Below, one piece after another: positions 9,489-19,995 of a DNA stretch of 64,000 bases. Numbering within the stretch: position 1 is the stretch's first letter; each line of letters begins with the position of its first letter. The notes below the pieces were generated by a model. It did not search any database and was not told the origin of the DNA. It saw only the letters and a program-made list of their open reading frames with translations. This DNA comes from an uncultured Actinomycetota bacterium (GTDB taxonomy: Bacteria; Actinomycetota; UBA4738; HRBIN12): assembly GCA_963711655.1 (NCBI GenBank), contig CAVQEW010000001.1, positions 53,176-117,175 of the forward strand, written 5' to 3'. The position numbers were made by a program, and so were the translations under genes.

Positions 9489-12400
9489 GCGACACCATGA
9501 CCTTCCCGCAGGAGATCCTCGACGTCCTGGGCGGACGACCGCCAACGGAGGAGCAATGGCGTGCGATCTCGTGGCCGCTCGAGCCCTACGTGCTCGTGGC
9601 GGGCGCGGGATCCGGGAAGACATCGGTGATGGCGGCGCGGGTCGTGTACCTGGCGCTCGTCGCCCTCGGACGCCTTCCCGCCGAGCACGAGGGCGTCCTG
9701 CCCGGCAACGTGCTCTGCCTCACGTTCACCAACAAGGCCACCGAGAACCTCCAGCAGCGGGTCCGTCGCGCGCTGAGCGGCCTCGACCTCCCCGACGGTG
9801 AGGAGCCCGAGATCACCAACTACCACGGGTTCGCGGCCCAGCTCCTCGACCGCCACGGCGTCCTGATCGGCATCGAGCCGAACCAGCGGGTCCTCACGCC
9901 GGCGCAACGGGTCGAGCTCTGCGGGCGGGTCCTCGACCGGATGACGTTCGAGGTCGTCGAGGCGCAGCGGCTCCCCGGCGTCGTGGACAGGATCCTGACC
10001 CTCGACGATCAGGCGGCCAACCACTTCCGCTCCCCGGACGAGATCGTGGAGTTCAACGAACACCGGCTCGAGGAGCTCAAGGAGCACCGCTCGGATCGAG
10101 CCTACGGATCGGCCAGGGAGCGCATCGAGCTGGCGAAGGCATGCGCGGTCTTCCGGGAGCTGAAGCGCGAGCTCGGGGTGATCGACTTCGGCGACCAGAT
10201 CGAGCTCGCGCTGAACATCGTGGAGCGGCACCCCGAGGTCGCCCAGCAGTATCGCGACCGCTTCGCCGCGGTGCTCCTCGACGAGTATCAGGACACGAAC
10301 GTCGCGCAGGCGCGCCTGATGGCCGGCGTCTTCGGCGGCGGCCATCCGGTGACCGCGGTGGGCGACCCGGATCAGAACATCTACGCGTGGCGCGGGGCAT
10401 CGCTCTTCAACCTGCTCGAGTTCCCGAAGCAGTTCGCCACGGCCGAGGGAGAAGAGGCGACCAAGCTCCCCCTGTACACCAACTTCCGTTCGGGGGCGCG
10501 GATCCTCGAAGCGGCGGACGTGCTGATCGGCCAGCTCCCCGCCGCGCAGCGCCCGGACCCCGACAAGCGACTCGTCCCGTGGGATGAGAACGGTCCCGGC
10601 GAGGTGCACGTCGCTCGGATCTCCGACGAGGTGAAGGAGGCGGCGTGGGTCGCGGACCGGATCGTCGCGCTCCACGACGACGGCGCCGCGTGGTCGGACT
10701 GTGCGGTGCTGTGTCGCACGTCCCGGTTGTTCCTCTCCCTCCAGCAGGCGTTCAACGAGCGAGGGGTGCCCGCGGAGATCCTCGGACTCGCGGGACTGCT
10801 CAAGATGCCCGAGGTCGTCGAGGTGCTCGCCTACGCGCGCGCGACGCTGGATCCGCTGGCGAGCGTCGCGCTCGGCTCGGATCCTCCTGGGACCGCGCTA
10901 CCGCGTGGGCTTCAAGGATCTCGCGCTCGTCGCCTCCCTCGCCAAGACGAAGAGCTACGCGCTCCGGGAAGAGGACGAGGCCGAGGGCGAGGCGGCCCCG
11001 TTCCTGTTCACCGAGGCCCTCGAGCATCTCGACGAGGTGGAGGGCCTCTCCGACGAAGGCCGATCCCGACTCGAGGAGTGTCGTCAGGAGCTGACGGCGC
11101 TCCGTGTGGAAGCACGCCGTCCGGTCGGGGAGTTCCTCGGCGAGATCATCCGGCGCACCGGCATCCTCACCGAGCTCGACGCGCACCTGGACGTGGCGGC
11201 GGCCACGGCGGCCAGGCGCAACCTGGCGGCGTTCCTCGACGAGGTGCACGCGTTCTCGCCCGTCCAGGGCGAGCTCACGCTGCGGGCGTTCCTCGAGTAC
11301 GTCGACGCCGTCGAGAACCTCGACAAGCAGGAGTGGTCCCCGGTCCAGCCCTCCGAGGAGGACTCCGTCAAGGTGATGACGATCCACGTCGCGAAGGGTC
11401 TCGAGTTCGACCACGTCTTCGTGCCCGGGCTCGCGAAGGGTCTCCTCCCCAACACGACGATCCAGCACAATCCGGCGGAGCGGGGCAAGTCGATGGACTT
11501 CGAGCTCCGTGGTGACGCCGCGTACCTGCCTCGCTACGACGGCAATCTGTCCGCCTTCAAGAAGGACCTGAAGCAGCAGGAGGAATACGAAGAACGGCGG
11601 ACCGCCTACGTCGCCATGACCCGCGCTCGCCGCACGCTGCATGTCACCGGCGCCCATTGGTACGCGGAGAACATGCGTGCGAAGGAAGCCGGCCCGTTCC
11701 TCCGCGAGCTGAAGGATTGGATCATGGAGACGAAGCACGCCACGTGGGACCCAGGGGCCGACATCGACGAGGAGAACAATCCGATCCTCGGCTACCGCGA
11801 GCGTTTCGTGCGAGATTGGCCCGGGCCTGCGCTGCCGAGCGGCTCGGATCCTCTCTTCGCGGAAGGATGGCGGCGAGCCGCGGTCACGGCATCCGAGGAT
11901 GGCGGCGCGATCCAGGGCTCCCTGCTCTCCTCGCTCGATCCGGCGGAGCGGGCCACGCTCGACCGACTCAGCGCGGATCGGCGTGGGCTGGCGCTGCATC
12001 TGAAGGACCGGGAGGAGGTCGAAGGCAGCGGCGGAGAGGTGACGCCCCCGAGCACGGTCTCGGTGGGTGGGGTGATCGACTACGCGCGCTGTCCGAAGCG
12101 CTTCTTCTGGACCTCCGTGCGGCCGCTCCCTCGGTTCTCGGGACCGGCCGCCAGGATCGGCACCGAAGTGCACCGCTGGATCGAGCGCCGCTCCTCGGGG
12201 CAGGGCCAGCTCCTGGAGCTCGACGATGCGCCGGACCTCACCGCGGACGAACTGGCGACCGAGCCCGGCAAGGTCGATCGGCTCCGCCAGGCCTTCCTCG
12301 CGAGCCGGTTCTCAGGCGCCGTGCCGTTGTTCGCGGAGCGCGCGTTCCTCCTGCGCATGGAGGGCTTCGCGGTCTCGGGACGGATCGACGCCGTCTTCGG

Positions 12401-12746
12401 TGGATCCGTCGAAGGACCGTGGGAGGTGGTCGACTGGAAGACCGGGCGGCGCCCCGCCGACGACGATCCGCTCGCCGGACTCCAACTCGACCTCTACGGC
12501 CTGGCATGCGTCGAGGTGTGGAACAAGCGTCCCGAGGACCTCACGCTGACCTACCTGTACCTGGCAGGTGGGGAGGAGGTCTCACATCCGATGGGCGATC
12601 CCGACGAGGTACGAACGCGGGTCGCCCGCTCGCTGCGCGCGATCGGCGAGGGCGTCTTCGATCCGACGCCCGGACCGTGGTGCCATCACTGCGACTTCCT
12701 GTCGTTCTGCGACGCGGGAAGGTCATGGGTCGCCCGAGAAGCATGA
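9485..12746 (+). CDS. adnB: AdnB-type helicase-nuclease subunit (UvrD/PcrA-like helicase plus RecB nuclease with Fe-S Cys cluster); one frame break near 10870
   Basis: MSDTMTFPQEILD...VLVAGAGSGKTSVM, LLDEYQDTN and VGDPDQNIYAWRGA lie in the frame of ORF 7970..11515. The protein continues in ORF 10701..12746 (MTIHVAKGLEFDHVFV, YVAMTRAR, CPKRFFW, VDWKTG, QLDLYGLA, CHHCDFLSFC). Confidence 0.8.
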
Positions 12747-12762
12747 CCGTCGGACGCGGCGG

Positions 12763-13183
12763 TCAGGACTCCAGACGTTCGATCTGCTCCGAGAACCGGC
12801 GGTAGTTGGCGGCGGGGTCGTAGCCGCCGGCGGTGACGCCGGGAACCGATCGAGCGGCGAGTCCCGTCTCGTCCGAGGACCCGGAACTGCGCGACCGACC
12901 GGAACCACGCGATGGTTCCGGGCTGGAGCATCTGTTCGCCGTGGGATCCCGCCCCGCGCAGGGAGGCATCGTCCACGACGACCGGCGTCGCTCGGAACGC
13001 GCGTTCGATCGAGGCTTTGATCGCGGGGTCGTCCGACTCGACGACGGCACGTCCCTCGACCCAGCTCGCCGAGGCGACGGCGGGGGGCGGGGGCGGCGGT
13101 GGTGGAGGTGGTCCCGGCGGAGGAGGGGTCGCAGCCGTCGCCGGCTCCACCGGATGGTGGAACTCGATGCGCAGCGGACTCAC
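12763..13183 (-). CDS. Hypothetical protein with poly-proline tract; one frame break near 12845
   Basis: ORF 12686..13183 (MSPLRIEFHHPVEPATAATPPPPGPPPPPPPPPPAV...QPGTIAWFRSVAQFRVLG) continues in ORF 12763..13050 (VPGVTAGGYDPAANYRRFSEQIERLES). The GTG start overlaps the stop of the upstream cNMP gene (GTGA). Confidence 0.45.
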
Positions 13184-13602
13184 TTCGCGAGCGAGCGGTC
13201 GACCCGCCTGACCATCCGGGCCAGCGAAGCGAGCAGGGCTCGCGCGAGGTCGGCGTCATCCCTGACCAGTCGGAGGAACGAGGCGCGAGGGAGCCGCAGG
13301 AGGGAGAGCGGCGTCTCCGCCACGACGGACGCCGACCGTGGCCGACCGTCGAGCAAGGAGATCTCGCCGAAGTGGTCACCGGGGATCAACCGATGGACGG
13401 TCTTTCCTCCGGAGACGACCTTCGCTTGGCCGGCGACCGCGACGAAGAACGAGTCTCCAGGCTCGCCCTCCTGGATCACCGTGTCCCCGGCGTCGTACTC
13501 GACGGTCGTCGTGAGCCCGGCGACCTTCTTGAGGTGCCGCTTGGACAGTGTTTCGAACAGCGGCACCGCCCCGATGACGGCATCGAGCTTCGCCTTCGCC
13601 AA
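13180..13602 (-). CDS. Stand-alone cyclic-nucleotide-binding domain protein
   Basis: 140 aa, intact. Motifs PLFETLSKRHLKKVA, GEPGDSFFVAVAG and FGEISLLDGRPRSASV. Confidence 0.8.
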   Translation of the reverse strand: MAKAKLDAVIGAVPLFETLSKRHLKKVAGLTTTVEYDAGDTVIQEGEPGDSFFVAVAGQAKVVSGGKTVHRLIPGDHFGEISLLDGRPRSASVVAETPLSLLRLPRASFLRLVRDDADLARALLASLARMVRRVDRSLAK

Positions 13603-13657
13603 CGTGACCTCCTCCGGGACTGCAGCGGGGCAAGCCTAGCGGGTTCTCCTCCGCAGC

Positions 13658-14311
13658 GTGTCGGTGGCCGTGGGTACAGTCCGCGACGCGAAGGAGTGGT
13701 GCGTGGTGAACATTGCCGACGAGCCATTCCCCCTCATGTTCGATGTCCCTCCCGGGCGGGAGGTGATCCATCAAGGCGAGCCGTATCCAGATGCGTGGGT
13801 CGTGCGCAGGGGTGGCTTGCTGATGGAGGTGGTCGATCTCGAGGGCCACCGTCTGGCCCTCGACCTGCTCGGGCCGGGCGACCTCGTCGGCGGCCCCGCA
13901 AGCTGGACCGCCGAAGCATCGGTTCGCGCACTCGTGACGAGTGGGCTGTTCGCGGCGGGACCGATCGCGCTCCGGGACGGTCTCGCGAGGCGGGCGAGGC
14001 GGGCATCGTGGCTCGCGTGCTCGGTCGCCTGGGATCGGATCGCGGATCGCCTCGCCGCGCGCCTCGATGACCTCGCCGCGCGATTCGGACGTCCGGTGCC
14101 GGGAGGCCGGTGCCTCGAGCTGCCCCTGACGCAAGAGCACCTGGCTCAGCTCACGGGGGCGACTCGGGAGAGCGTGAACAGGGCGCTCGGAGAGCTCGCC
14201 GCCGCCGGACGCGTCGATCGGGCCCGCGGACGCTACGTCGTCAGGCCGGGGCCGCTGGCGGGTGAAGCGACACCGTCACCCTTCGGACTGCAGCATCGCA
14301 AGGGAGCATGA
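13658..14311 (+). CDS. Crp/Fnr-family transcriptional regulator
   Basis: N-terminal beta-barrel-like effector domain and C-terminal HTH (LPLTQEHLAQLTGATRESVNRALGELAAAG). GTG start at 13658, with alternative GTGs about 45 nt downstream. Divergent from the cNMP gene. Confidence 0.7.
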   Translation: MSVAVGTVRDAKEWCVVNIADEPFPLMFDVPPGREVIHQGEPYPDAWVVRRGGLLMEVVDLEGHRLALDLLGPGDLVGGPASWTAEASVRALVTSGLFAAGPIALRDGLARRARRASWLACSVAWDRIADRLAARLDDLAARFGRPVPGGRCLELPLTQEHLAQLTGATRESVNRALGELAAAGRVDRARGRYVVRPGPLAGEATPSPFGLQHRKGA

Positions 14312-15139
14312 ATCGCAGTAGCGCGCCTTGCCCCTGACCTTGCGGCCGCACCGTTGACAGGTCCTCGGCGTCGAGGCCGTCCAAGGACCTTCCTCGGCCT
14401 TGCCGGTGCGCTCCGCCAGACCCTCCCCGGCGAGCTTCAGGAGATGCGCCAGCACGGACCGAGCGGCCAACGGGTGCACCTCGCGCGGGTAGCCGGCGTA
14501 GATCACTTCGACCAGCTCCGTGATCGTGCGTGGTCCCTCCGAGAGAGCAGAGACCACCTGGGCCTCACGCTCCTCGCGGTGCGCGAGGTACTCACGCAGC
14601 TTGTCGTTCGCCCGGAGGACGACGGGTCCGTGACCCGGATAGATCGACCGAGCGTCGAGGTCGAGCATCGCTCGGAGCGACCGGAGGTATCGCACGAGGT
14701 CGCCCTCCGGGGGGTCGAGGAAGCTGGTGCCTCGGCCGAGAACCGCGTCTCCGGTGAACAGCACCCTGTCGCCCGGTTCGAAGAACGCCACGTGATCCGA
14801 CGTGTGTCCCGGCGTGTGGACCGCCGTGAGATCGAGGTCTCCGGCGCGCACCCGGTGACCGGGAGACAGACGGTCCGCGCCGGCCAGTCGCATCGCGTAC
14901 ACGGGTGCACCCACGAGACTGGCGAACGGGATCGCGCCCGGCGAGTGATCCGGATGATCGTGGGTGACGAGCACCGCTCCCACCGTTCCCGCTTCTCGGG
15001 CGACCTCGGCGAGATGCTCGGGGATGTCGGGGCCCGGATCGATCACGAAGGTCGGCTCGTCCCCCACGATCCAGGTGTTGGTCCCTTCGAGGGTGTAGAC
15101 ACCGGGGTTCGGGGCGAGCAGCCGCCTGATCGGCACCAT
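14276..15139 (-). CDS. MBL-fold metallo-hydrolase with C-terminal CxxC...CxxC zinc-ribbon tail
   Basis: HxHxDH motif in VLVTHDHPDHSPG, plus HTPGHTSDH and PGHG. The tail reads TCQRCGRKVRGKARYCDSCS. ATG at 15139 (MVPIRRLL); the upstream extension in the track ORF is Arg-rich noise. Confidence 0.8.
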   Translation of the reverse strand: MVPIRRLLAPNPGVYTLEGTNTWIVGDEPTFVIDPGPDIPEHLAEVAREAGTVGAVLVTHDHPDHSPGAIPFASLVGAPVYAMRLAGADRLSPGHRVRAGDLDLTAVHTPGHTSDHVAFFEPGDRVLFTGDAVLGRGTSFLDPPEGDLVRYLRSLRAMLDLDARSIYPGHGPVVLRANDKLREYLAHREEREAQVVSALSEGPRTITELVEVIYAGYPREVHPLAARSVLAHLLKLAGEGLAERTGKAEEGPWTASTPRTCQRCGRKVRGKARYCDSCSLAMLQSEG

Positions 15140-15141
15140 GG

Positions 15142-15786
15142 TCAATCCTGGGTGAAGACCGATCGGGGCAACCGGCCGACCTCGTCGTCGCGGGGCTCGC
15201 GGGTGACCAGCCGGAGACCGAGCAACGCGTCGGCATCGCGGCACTCCGCGAGCGCTCGCACCGTGAAGTGGGTCGGCCAGTACAGGCGCACCTCTTCGGC
15301 CTCCCAGGCGTCGAGCAGGGCGGTCGGCGAGATCCACCACGCCCTTGCCGCCTCGGTCCCGTCGGGCGCCGGATCCGCCGCGTCCTGCATCCGCACGGCG
15401 TAGTAGCGGGCGTCGAAACGGACGGGCACCTCCTTGGGCGCGATCCACCGAGCGACTTCGGGGAGCGCGTCGGCGGCGGGCGGCGACCCGTCGATCGCTG
15501 CCAGCGAGCGGTTCGGACCGACGGCGATCACGGCCTCCCTGGTCACCGCGAGTCCGACTTCCTCGGCAAGCTCACGAACCGCGGCGGCGCGCGCCGCCTC
15601 CGCCGGTTCGCCGAACCAGCGCCCGGCGAGGGGCCCGTCGGCCGGATCCACGGCGCCTCCCGGGAACGCCACGTACCCCGGGAGGAAACGGTGGTCGAGG
15701 GTGCGTTCGATCACGAGCACCTCGGGACCGCCCGGGGCGTCCCGAACACCGATCAGCGAGGCCGCCTGCCGGATCACGTCGCTCAC
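15142..15786 (-). CDS. NUDIX hydrolase
   Basis: Nudix box GGAVDPADG...AAVRELAEEVGL. GTG start at 15786 chosen because the divergent gene starts at 15826. The stop is 2 nt before the MBL gene start. Confidence 0.7.
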   Translation of the reverse strand: MSDVIRQAASLIGVRDAPGGPEVLVIERTLDHRFLPGYVAFPGGAVDPADGPLAGRWFGEPAEAARAAAVRELAEEVGLAVTREAVIAVGPNRSLAAIDGSPPAADALPEVARWIAPKEVPVRFDARYYAVRMQDAADPAPDGTEAARAWWISPTALLDAWEAEEVRLYWPTHFTVRALAECRDADALLGLRLVTREPRDDEVGRLPRSVFTQD

Positions 15787-15825
15787 GGAGCCCGATGCTA
15801 CCCAGGGCCGTACGCTGGGAACCCG

Positions 15826-16860
15826 ATGGATGCACGCGAGTCGGTCGCGAAGGCGATCCGGGACCACGGACCCATCACCTTCGCCGAATACATGGAGCTC
15901 GCGCTCTCAGGTCCGGGGGGATTCTTCGAACACCCTCCGATCGGTCCGGACGGTCACTTCGTCACGAGCCCGCACGTCCACCCCGTGTTCGCGGAGCTCC
16001 TCGCGCGCGCGATCGTCGATCTCCACGACCGTTTGGGAGAGCCTCGGCCGTTCCGGATGTCGGAGGTGGGGGCCGGCGACGGCACGCTCGCCCGGCGGCT
16101 CGTCGAACACCTCGGCGACCTGGACGTGGCGTACACGGCGATCGAGAGGAGCCCGGGAGCACGCGAAGCGCTGGTGGCGATCGACGGGCTCGAGGTCGCC
16201 GAGCGGCTGGACGGTTCGCCGCAGCTGATCCTCGCGAACGAGCTGATGGACAACCTTCCTTTCCGGCGTCTCCGAGGGACGCCCTCGGGGACCAAGGAGG
16301 TCATGGTCGGGATCGACGACGATCGGTTCGTGGAGCACCTGGGTGACCCGTCGTCGGGCGGCGACCCCTCCCTCGAAGACGGGCAGGAATCGGTCGTGCC
16401 CGAAGGAGCGCTGGCGTTCATCGAGCAGGTGGGAGCCCGGCTCGCCCACCCGGGCTACGCGCTGCTGATCGACTACGGCGGGGTGGGCGAGCCGGGGGGC
16501 CCGCCCCATGGCTACCGGGCACATCGTCCGGTCGAGGACCTCCTCGAGCAGCCGGGAGAGACCGACATCACGTCCGGGCTGGACTTCGATCTCCTGAGCC
16601 GACACGCGGAGAGCCAGGGACTGATCGCGTTCCCGAGCGTGACGCAGCGTCACGCGCTCACCGCGCTCGGGTTCGACCACTGGGTCCACGAGCAGCTCCG
16701 ATGGCAGAACGAGCTCCTGGAGCAGCGCGAAGGGTTGGACGCCGTCAGGGCGTGGAGCGGACGGAGCCGCGCCACCCTCCTCGTCGACCCGTCGGCGCTC
16801 GGCCGACTCCGCTGGCTGCTGCTCGCGACGCCGGGCCTCCACGCGCCGTCCTGGATGTGA
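15826..16860 (+). CDS. SAM-dependent methyltransferase, MidA/NDUFAF7-like (DUF185)
   Basis: MDARESVAKAIRDHGPITFAEYMELAL...GHFVTSPHVHPVFAELLA...EVGAGDGTLA...ANELMDNLPF. Intact; ATG at 15826. Confidence 0.6.
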   Translation: MDARESVAKAIRDHGPITFAEYMELALSGPGGFFEHPPIGPDGHFVTSPHVHPVFAELLARAIVDLHDRLGEPRPFRMSEVGAGDGTLARRLVEHLGDLDVAYTAIERSPGAREALVAIDGLEVAERLDGSPQLILANELMDNLPFRRLRGTPSGTKEVMVGIDDDRFVEHLGDPSSGGDPSLEDGQESVVPEGALAFIEQVGARLAHPGYALLIDYGGVGEPGGPPHGYRAHRPVEDLLEQPGETDITSGLDFDLLSRHAESQGLIAFPSVTQRHALTALGFDHWVHEQLRWQNELLEQREGLDAVRAWSGRSRATLLVDPSALGRLRWLLLATPGLHAPSWM

Positions 16861-16866
16861 ACGACC

Positions 16867-17757
16867 TCAGGCGGGGTGTCCGAGTCCGAGTCGACCCCGC
16901 CACCACACGACGGCGCGGTACTGCAGCCACAGGATCGAGGCGGTGACGATCAGCATCACGGCCGTGGCCGCCGACGCGTACCCGTAGCGGAGGTACTCGA
17001 ACGCGTTCCGGAAGACGAACAGGGGGAGGTAGGTCGTCGCGTACGGCGGCGGCCCACCTTCGGTCACGATCAACGCGGGTGCGAACGTCGCCTGCAGGCT
17101 CAGGATCGTGTCCCGCGCCGCGATCAGCAGCAACGCCGGCGCCATGATCGGGAGGGTGACGCGGACGAACCTGCTCCATCGCCCCGCCCCGTTGATCGCC
17201 GCGATCTCGTGCAGCTCCTGCGGGACCTGGCTCCGGGCGATGAGCGCGATCAGGGCGCCCTCGCCGAGCTGGAACGCGCCCATGATGATCACGGCCCACC
17301 GGGCGGGCGTCCCCTGCGTGAGCCACGATGGTGTCGGCAGGCCAGCAGCCCCGAGAGCGAGGTTCAGCGGCCCGTACACGGGGTTGAGGATCCACAGCCA
17401 GACCAACGCGTACGCGGCGTCCGGCATCACGCTCGGGATCAGGACCGCCACGCGGCCGGTCGCTCGCAGTCGGCCGCGTCGATGGAGCACCAGCGCGACC
17501 CCCAGCGCTCCCAGGAGCCGGATCGGCACGGCGGCGGCTACGTAGAGCAGCGAGTTCCTCAATGAGATCCGGAAGATGGGATCGTCGATCAGCTCCCGCA
17601 GATTGGCCCAGCCGACGAAGCGTGGGGGCCGCACCAGGTCCCATTCGTAGAGCGACATCGCGAGCGACCCGAACGCCGGCATCAGGACGAGCGCGACCAC
17701 GCCCACGAGGAACGGCGTCGCCATGAGCCACAGGACCCGGCGATCGCCGCTGTCCAT
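16867..17757 (-). CDS. Carbohydrate-type ABC transporter permease
   Basis: Six-TM pattern and an EAA-like loop (ELHEIAAINGAGRWSRFVRVTLPIMAP). ATG 17757 overlaps the stop of the upstream binding-protein gene (ATGA). Confidence 0.8.
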   Translation of the reverse strand: MDSGDRRVLWLMATPFLVGVVALVLMPAFGSLAMSLYEWDLVRPPRFVGWANLRELIDDPIFRISLRNSLLYVAAAVPIRLLGALGVALVLHRRGRLRATGRVAVLIPSVMPDAAYALVWLWILNPVYGPLNLALGAAGLPTPSWLTQGTPARWAVIIMGAFQLGEGALIALIARSQVPQELHEIAAINGAGRWSRFVRVTLPIMAPALLLIAARDTILSLQATFAPALIVTEGGPPPYATTYLPLFVFRNAFEYLRYGYASAATAVMLIVTASILWLQYRAVVWWRGRLGLGHPA

Positions 17758-19043
17758 CAGACCTCTGCGCGGGCGAACAGATCGCGGGTCTGCGTCTCGA
17801 GCTCCACCGCGACCTCGAGACCCGATCCGCCCCCGTAGTACGCCTCCTCGAGCAGCCCGTTCGCCGCGTCCTCGATCTCCGGCCAGGTCGAGATGCTCGG
17901 GACGGATCGGAGGTACGGGATCTGGTCGAGGAAGGCCTGCGCGTTCGCGGGAGGCTCGTCCGGGTCGAGGAAGGAGGCGCTCTCCGCCAGCGACCGCAGC
18001 GACGGCACCGTCCGGCCGGCCTCCGACGCGATCCGCTGCCCCTCGGGCCCCAGTGCGAACTCCATGAACCGCCACGCCTCGTCCTTGGCGTCCGACCCCT
18101 GCCGTCATGCAGTACGCGTCGGAGTGCAGGACCGACGCGGGCGTACCGAGCGTCGGCACCCCGACCACGTCCCACTCGAAGTCGGTGATCGTCCGGAGCG
18201 TGGGGACCACGCGCCGCGACTCCATGAGCATCCCGAGACGACCGTTCACGGAAACGGCTCACGAAGTCCTCGGCCTCAGCCTCCTCGTCCGTGGGGGTGA
18301 CGCCGGCCGTCCGGAGGTCGAAGAATCGGTCCAGCGCGGCGACCGCGCCCCCGTCCAGGGCGAACCGGGTCGGCGCCGCCTCGTCGTCGACCAGCCGCCC
18401 TCCGCTGGACCAGATGAACGGCGCGACGCGGATGATCTCGGGATCGACGCCGAGACCGTGCGTGTCGACGGTTCCGTCCTCGTCGCGATCGACGGTGAGC
18501 TTCTTCGCGGCGGCGACCATGTCGTCCCACGCCCAGCCATCCTGCGGGAGGGCGACACCCGCGTCCTCGGAACAGGTCGGCGTTGTAGTACACGACCAGG
18601 CTCGAGACGTTCTGCGGCAGGCACACCTGCTCCCCGTCCCAGCGGAAGGGCGTCAACGCCGTGTCGAAGAAGTCGTCCTCGGAGAACGCCTCGGAGTCCT
18701 GGAGATACGGAGCGACAGGCTCGAGCGCCCCGCGCGCGGCGAACTGACCGTAGAAGCGGTAGTTCATCAGGAAGAGGTCGGGCGGCTGTCCTCCCGCGAT
18801 CGACGTGGACAACCGCAGGATCAGATCGTCACGCTCGGCGAACGGGGTCAGCCGCGCCTCGACCTCGTCCTGCGCCTCGTTGTACGCGTCGACGACGGCA
18901 CGGTACGCCTCGATCTCTTCCGCATCGCCCGAAACCATCACCGTGATCCGTGTGGCCTGGCCGGAGGGTTCCCCCTGGCACGCGACGCTCGCCACCAGCA
19001 ACAGCGCCCACGCTCCGAACCACCGACCATCCCTCTTCCGCAT
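17757..19043 (-). pseudogene. ABC transporter extracellular solute-binding protein (sugar type); at least 3 frame breaks (near 18560, 18255, 18090)
   Basis: Signal sequence MRKRDGRWFGAWALLLVASVAC..., then ITVMVSGDAEEIEAYRAVVDAYNE...LVVYYNADLF (frame of ORF 18276..20147). Next MVAAAKKLTVDRDEDGTVDTHGLGVD... (frame of 16745..18520), then NGRLGMLMESRRVVPTLRTITDFEWDVVGVPTLG (frame of 16867..18249), then ORF 17757..18065. Confidence 0.7.
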
Positions 19044-19868
19044 CACACCCCCCGTTCGAGCAGATGACGTTGGACGATGAACGCGGTGACCACCGCCGGC
19101 ACGATCGACACCACGGCGGCGGCAAGCATCAGGCCTTGATCGGTCGGCGGCAAGTGGGCGAGCGAGACGATCCCCAGAGGCAACGTGAACCAACGCTCGT
19201 CGTAGACGTACAGCAACGGATCGGACAGGTTCCCCCACGAGACCACGAACGCGACGGCGACGGCGACGGCGACCGCGCCTTTCCGGAACGGGACCGCGAC
19301 GTGCCACCACGTCCCGAACGGTCCGAGCCCGGCTTCGGTCGCGAGATCGTAGATCTCGCGAGGAACGGAGTGGTAACTCCATGCGAAGAGCAGGACCAGC
19401 AGCGGCGTGACGCCGATCAACGCCGGTGCGATCAGCGGCATCGGCGTGTCGGTCACGCCGAGGAGTCGGAAGAGCACGAGCCGCCCGACGAACACCGTGC
19501 TCGCGGGGATCGCCACCGCGACCACCGTGACCCCCAGCAGCAGCAACGCGGCGCGGCGCGGAAGCCGCGCGATCGCGTACCCGGCACACGACGCGACGAG
19601 CGTGCCGGCCGGCACGGCGATCGCCGCGACGAGGAGAGAGTTGACGAGCTGCCGCTGGAGCACCGGCCGTTCCAGCACGTCTCGGGTAGTTCGAGGCTCC
19701 GGCGCCCGCGGGCCAGAGGTCGATCGACGTCGGGGGCGCGGTGCCCGGGGGCCGGAGCGAGCCGAGGATCGCGAGGACGAGGGGAGCCAGGAACAGCGCC
19801 AGGACGAGCGAGGGCAGGATCAGAGGGAGGGCCTCCGATCGCAACCGGTCCAGCGGGCGCCGATCCAC
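19043..19868 (-). CDS. Carbohydrate-type ABC transporter permease; one frame break near 19685
   Basis: N-terminus VDRRPLDRLRSEALPLILPSLVLALFLAPLVLAILGSL (frame of 18276..20147, GTG at 19868) joins ORF 19043..19678 (VLQRQLVNSLLVAAIAV...DLATEAGLGPFGTWWHVAVPF). Its stop overlaps the binding-protein start (ATGA). Confidence 0.7.
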
Positions 19869-19995
19869 CGCAGGAGGGTACCCGTGAGGCACCCAGTTCC
19901 AGGGTGGCGCGCGCCATCGCCACCGGTCTAGGATTCGGTCACCGTTGACCCCGAGGACCGTGCCGGTCGATCCGGCCGATGGGAGGCGAAGGTCG

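Noticed and set aside
7098-9623. An 841-aa ORF antisense to adnA. Similar long shadow ORFs are 9377..10675 (-), 10800..12173 (-), 3894..4970 (-), 24517..26037 (-), 27611..29398 (+) and 22081..23739 (+).
   Set aside because: The translations are Arg/Gly/Pro/Asp-rich with no domain motifs. They lie opposite genes with clear family signatures. Long stop-free antisense frames are expected at about 70% GC.
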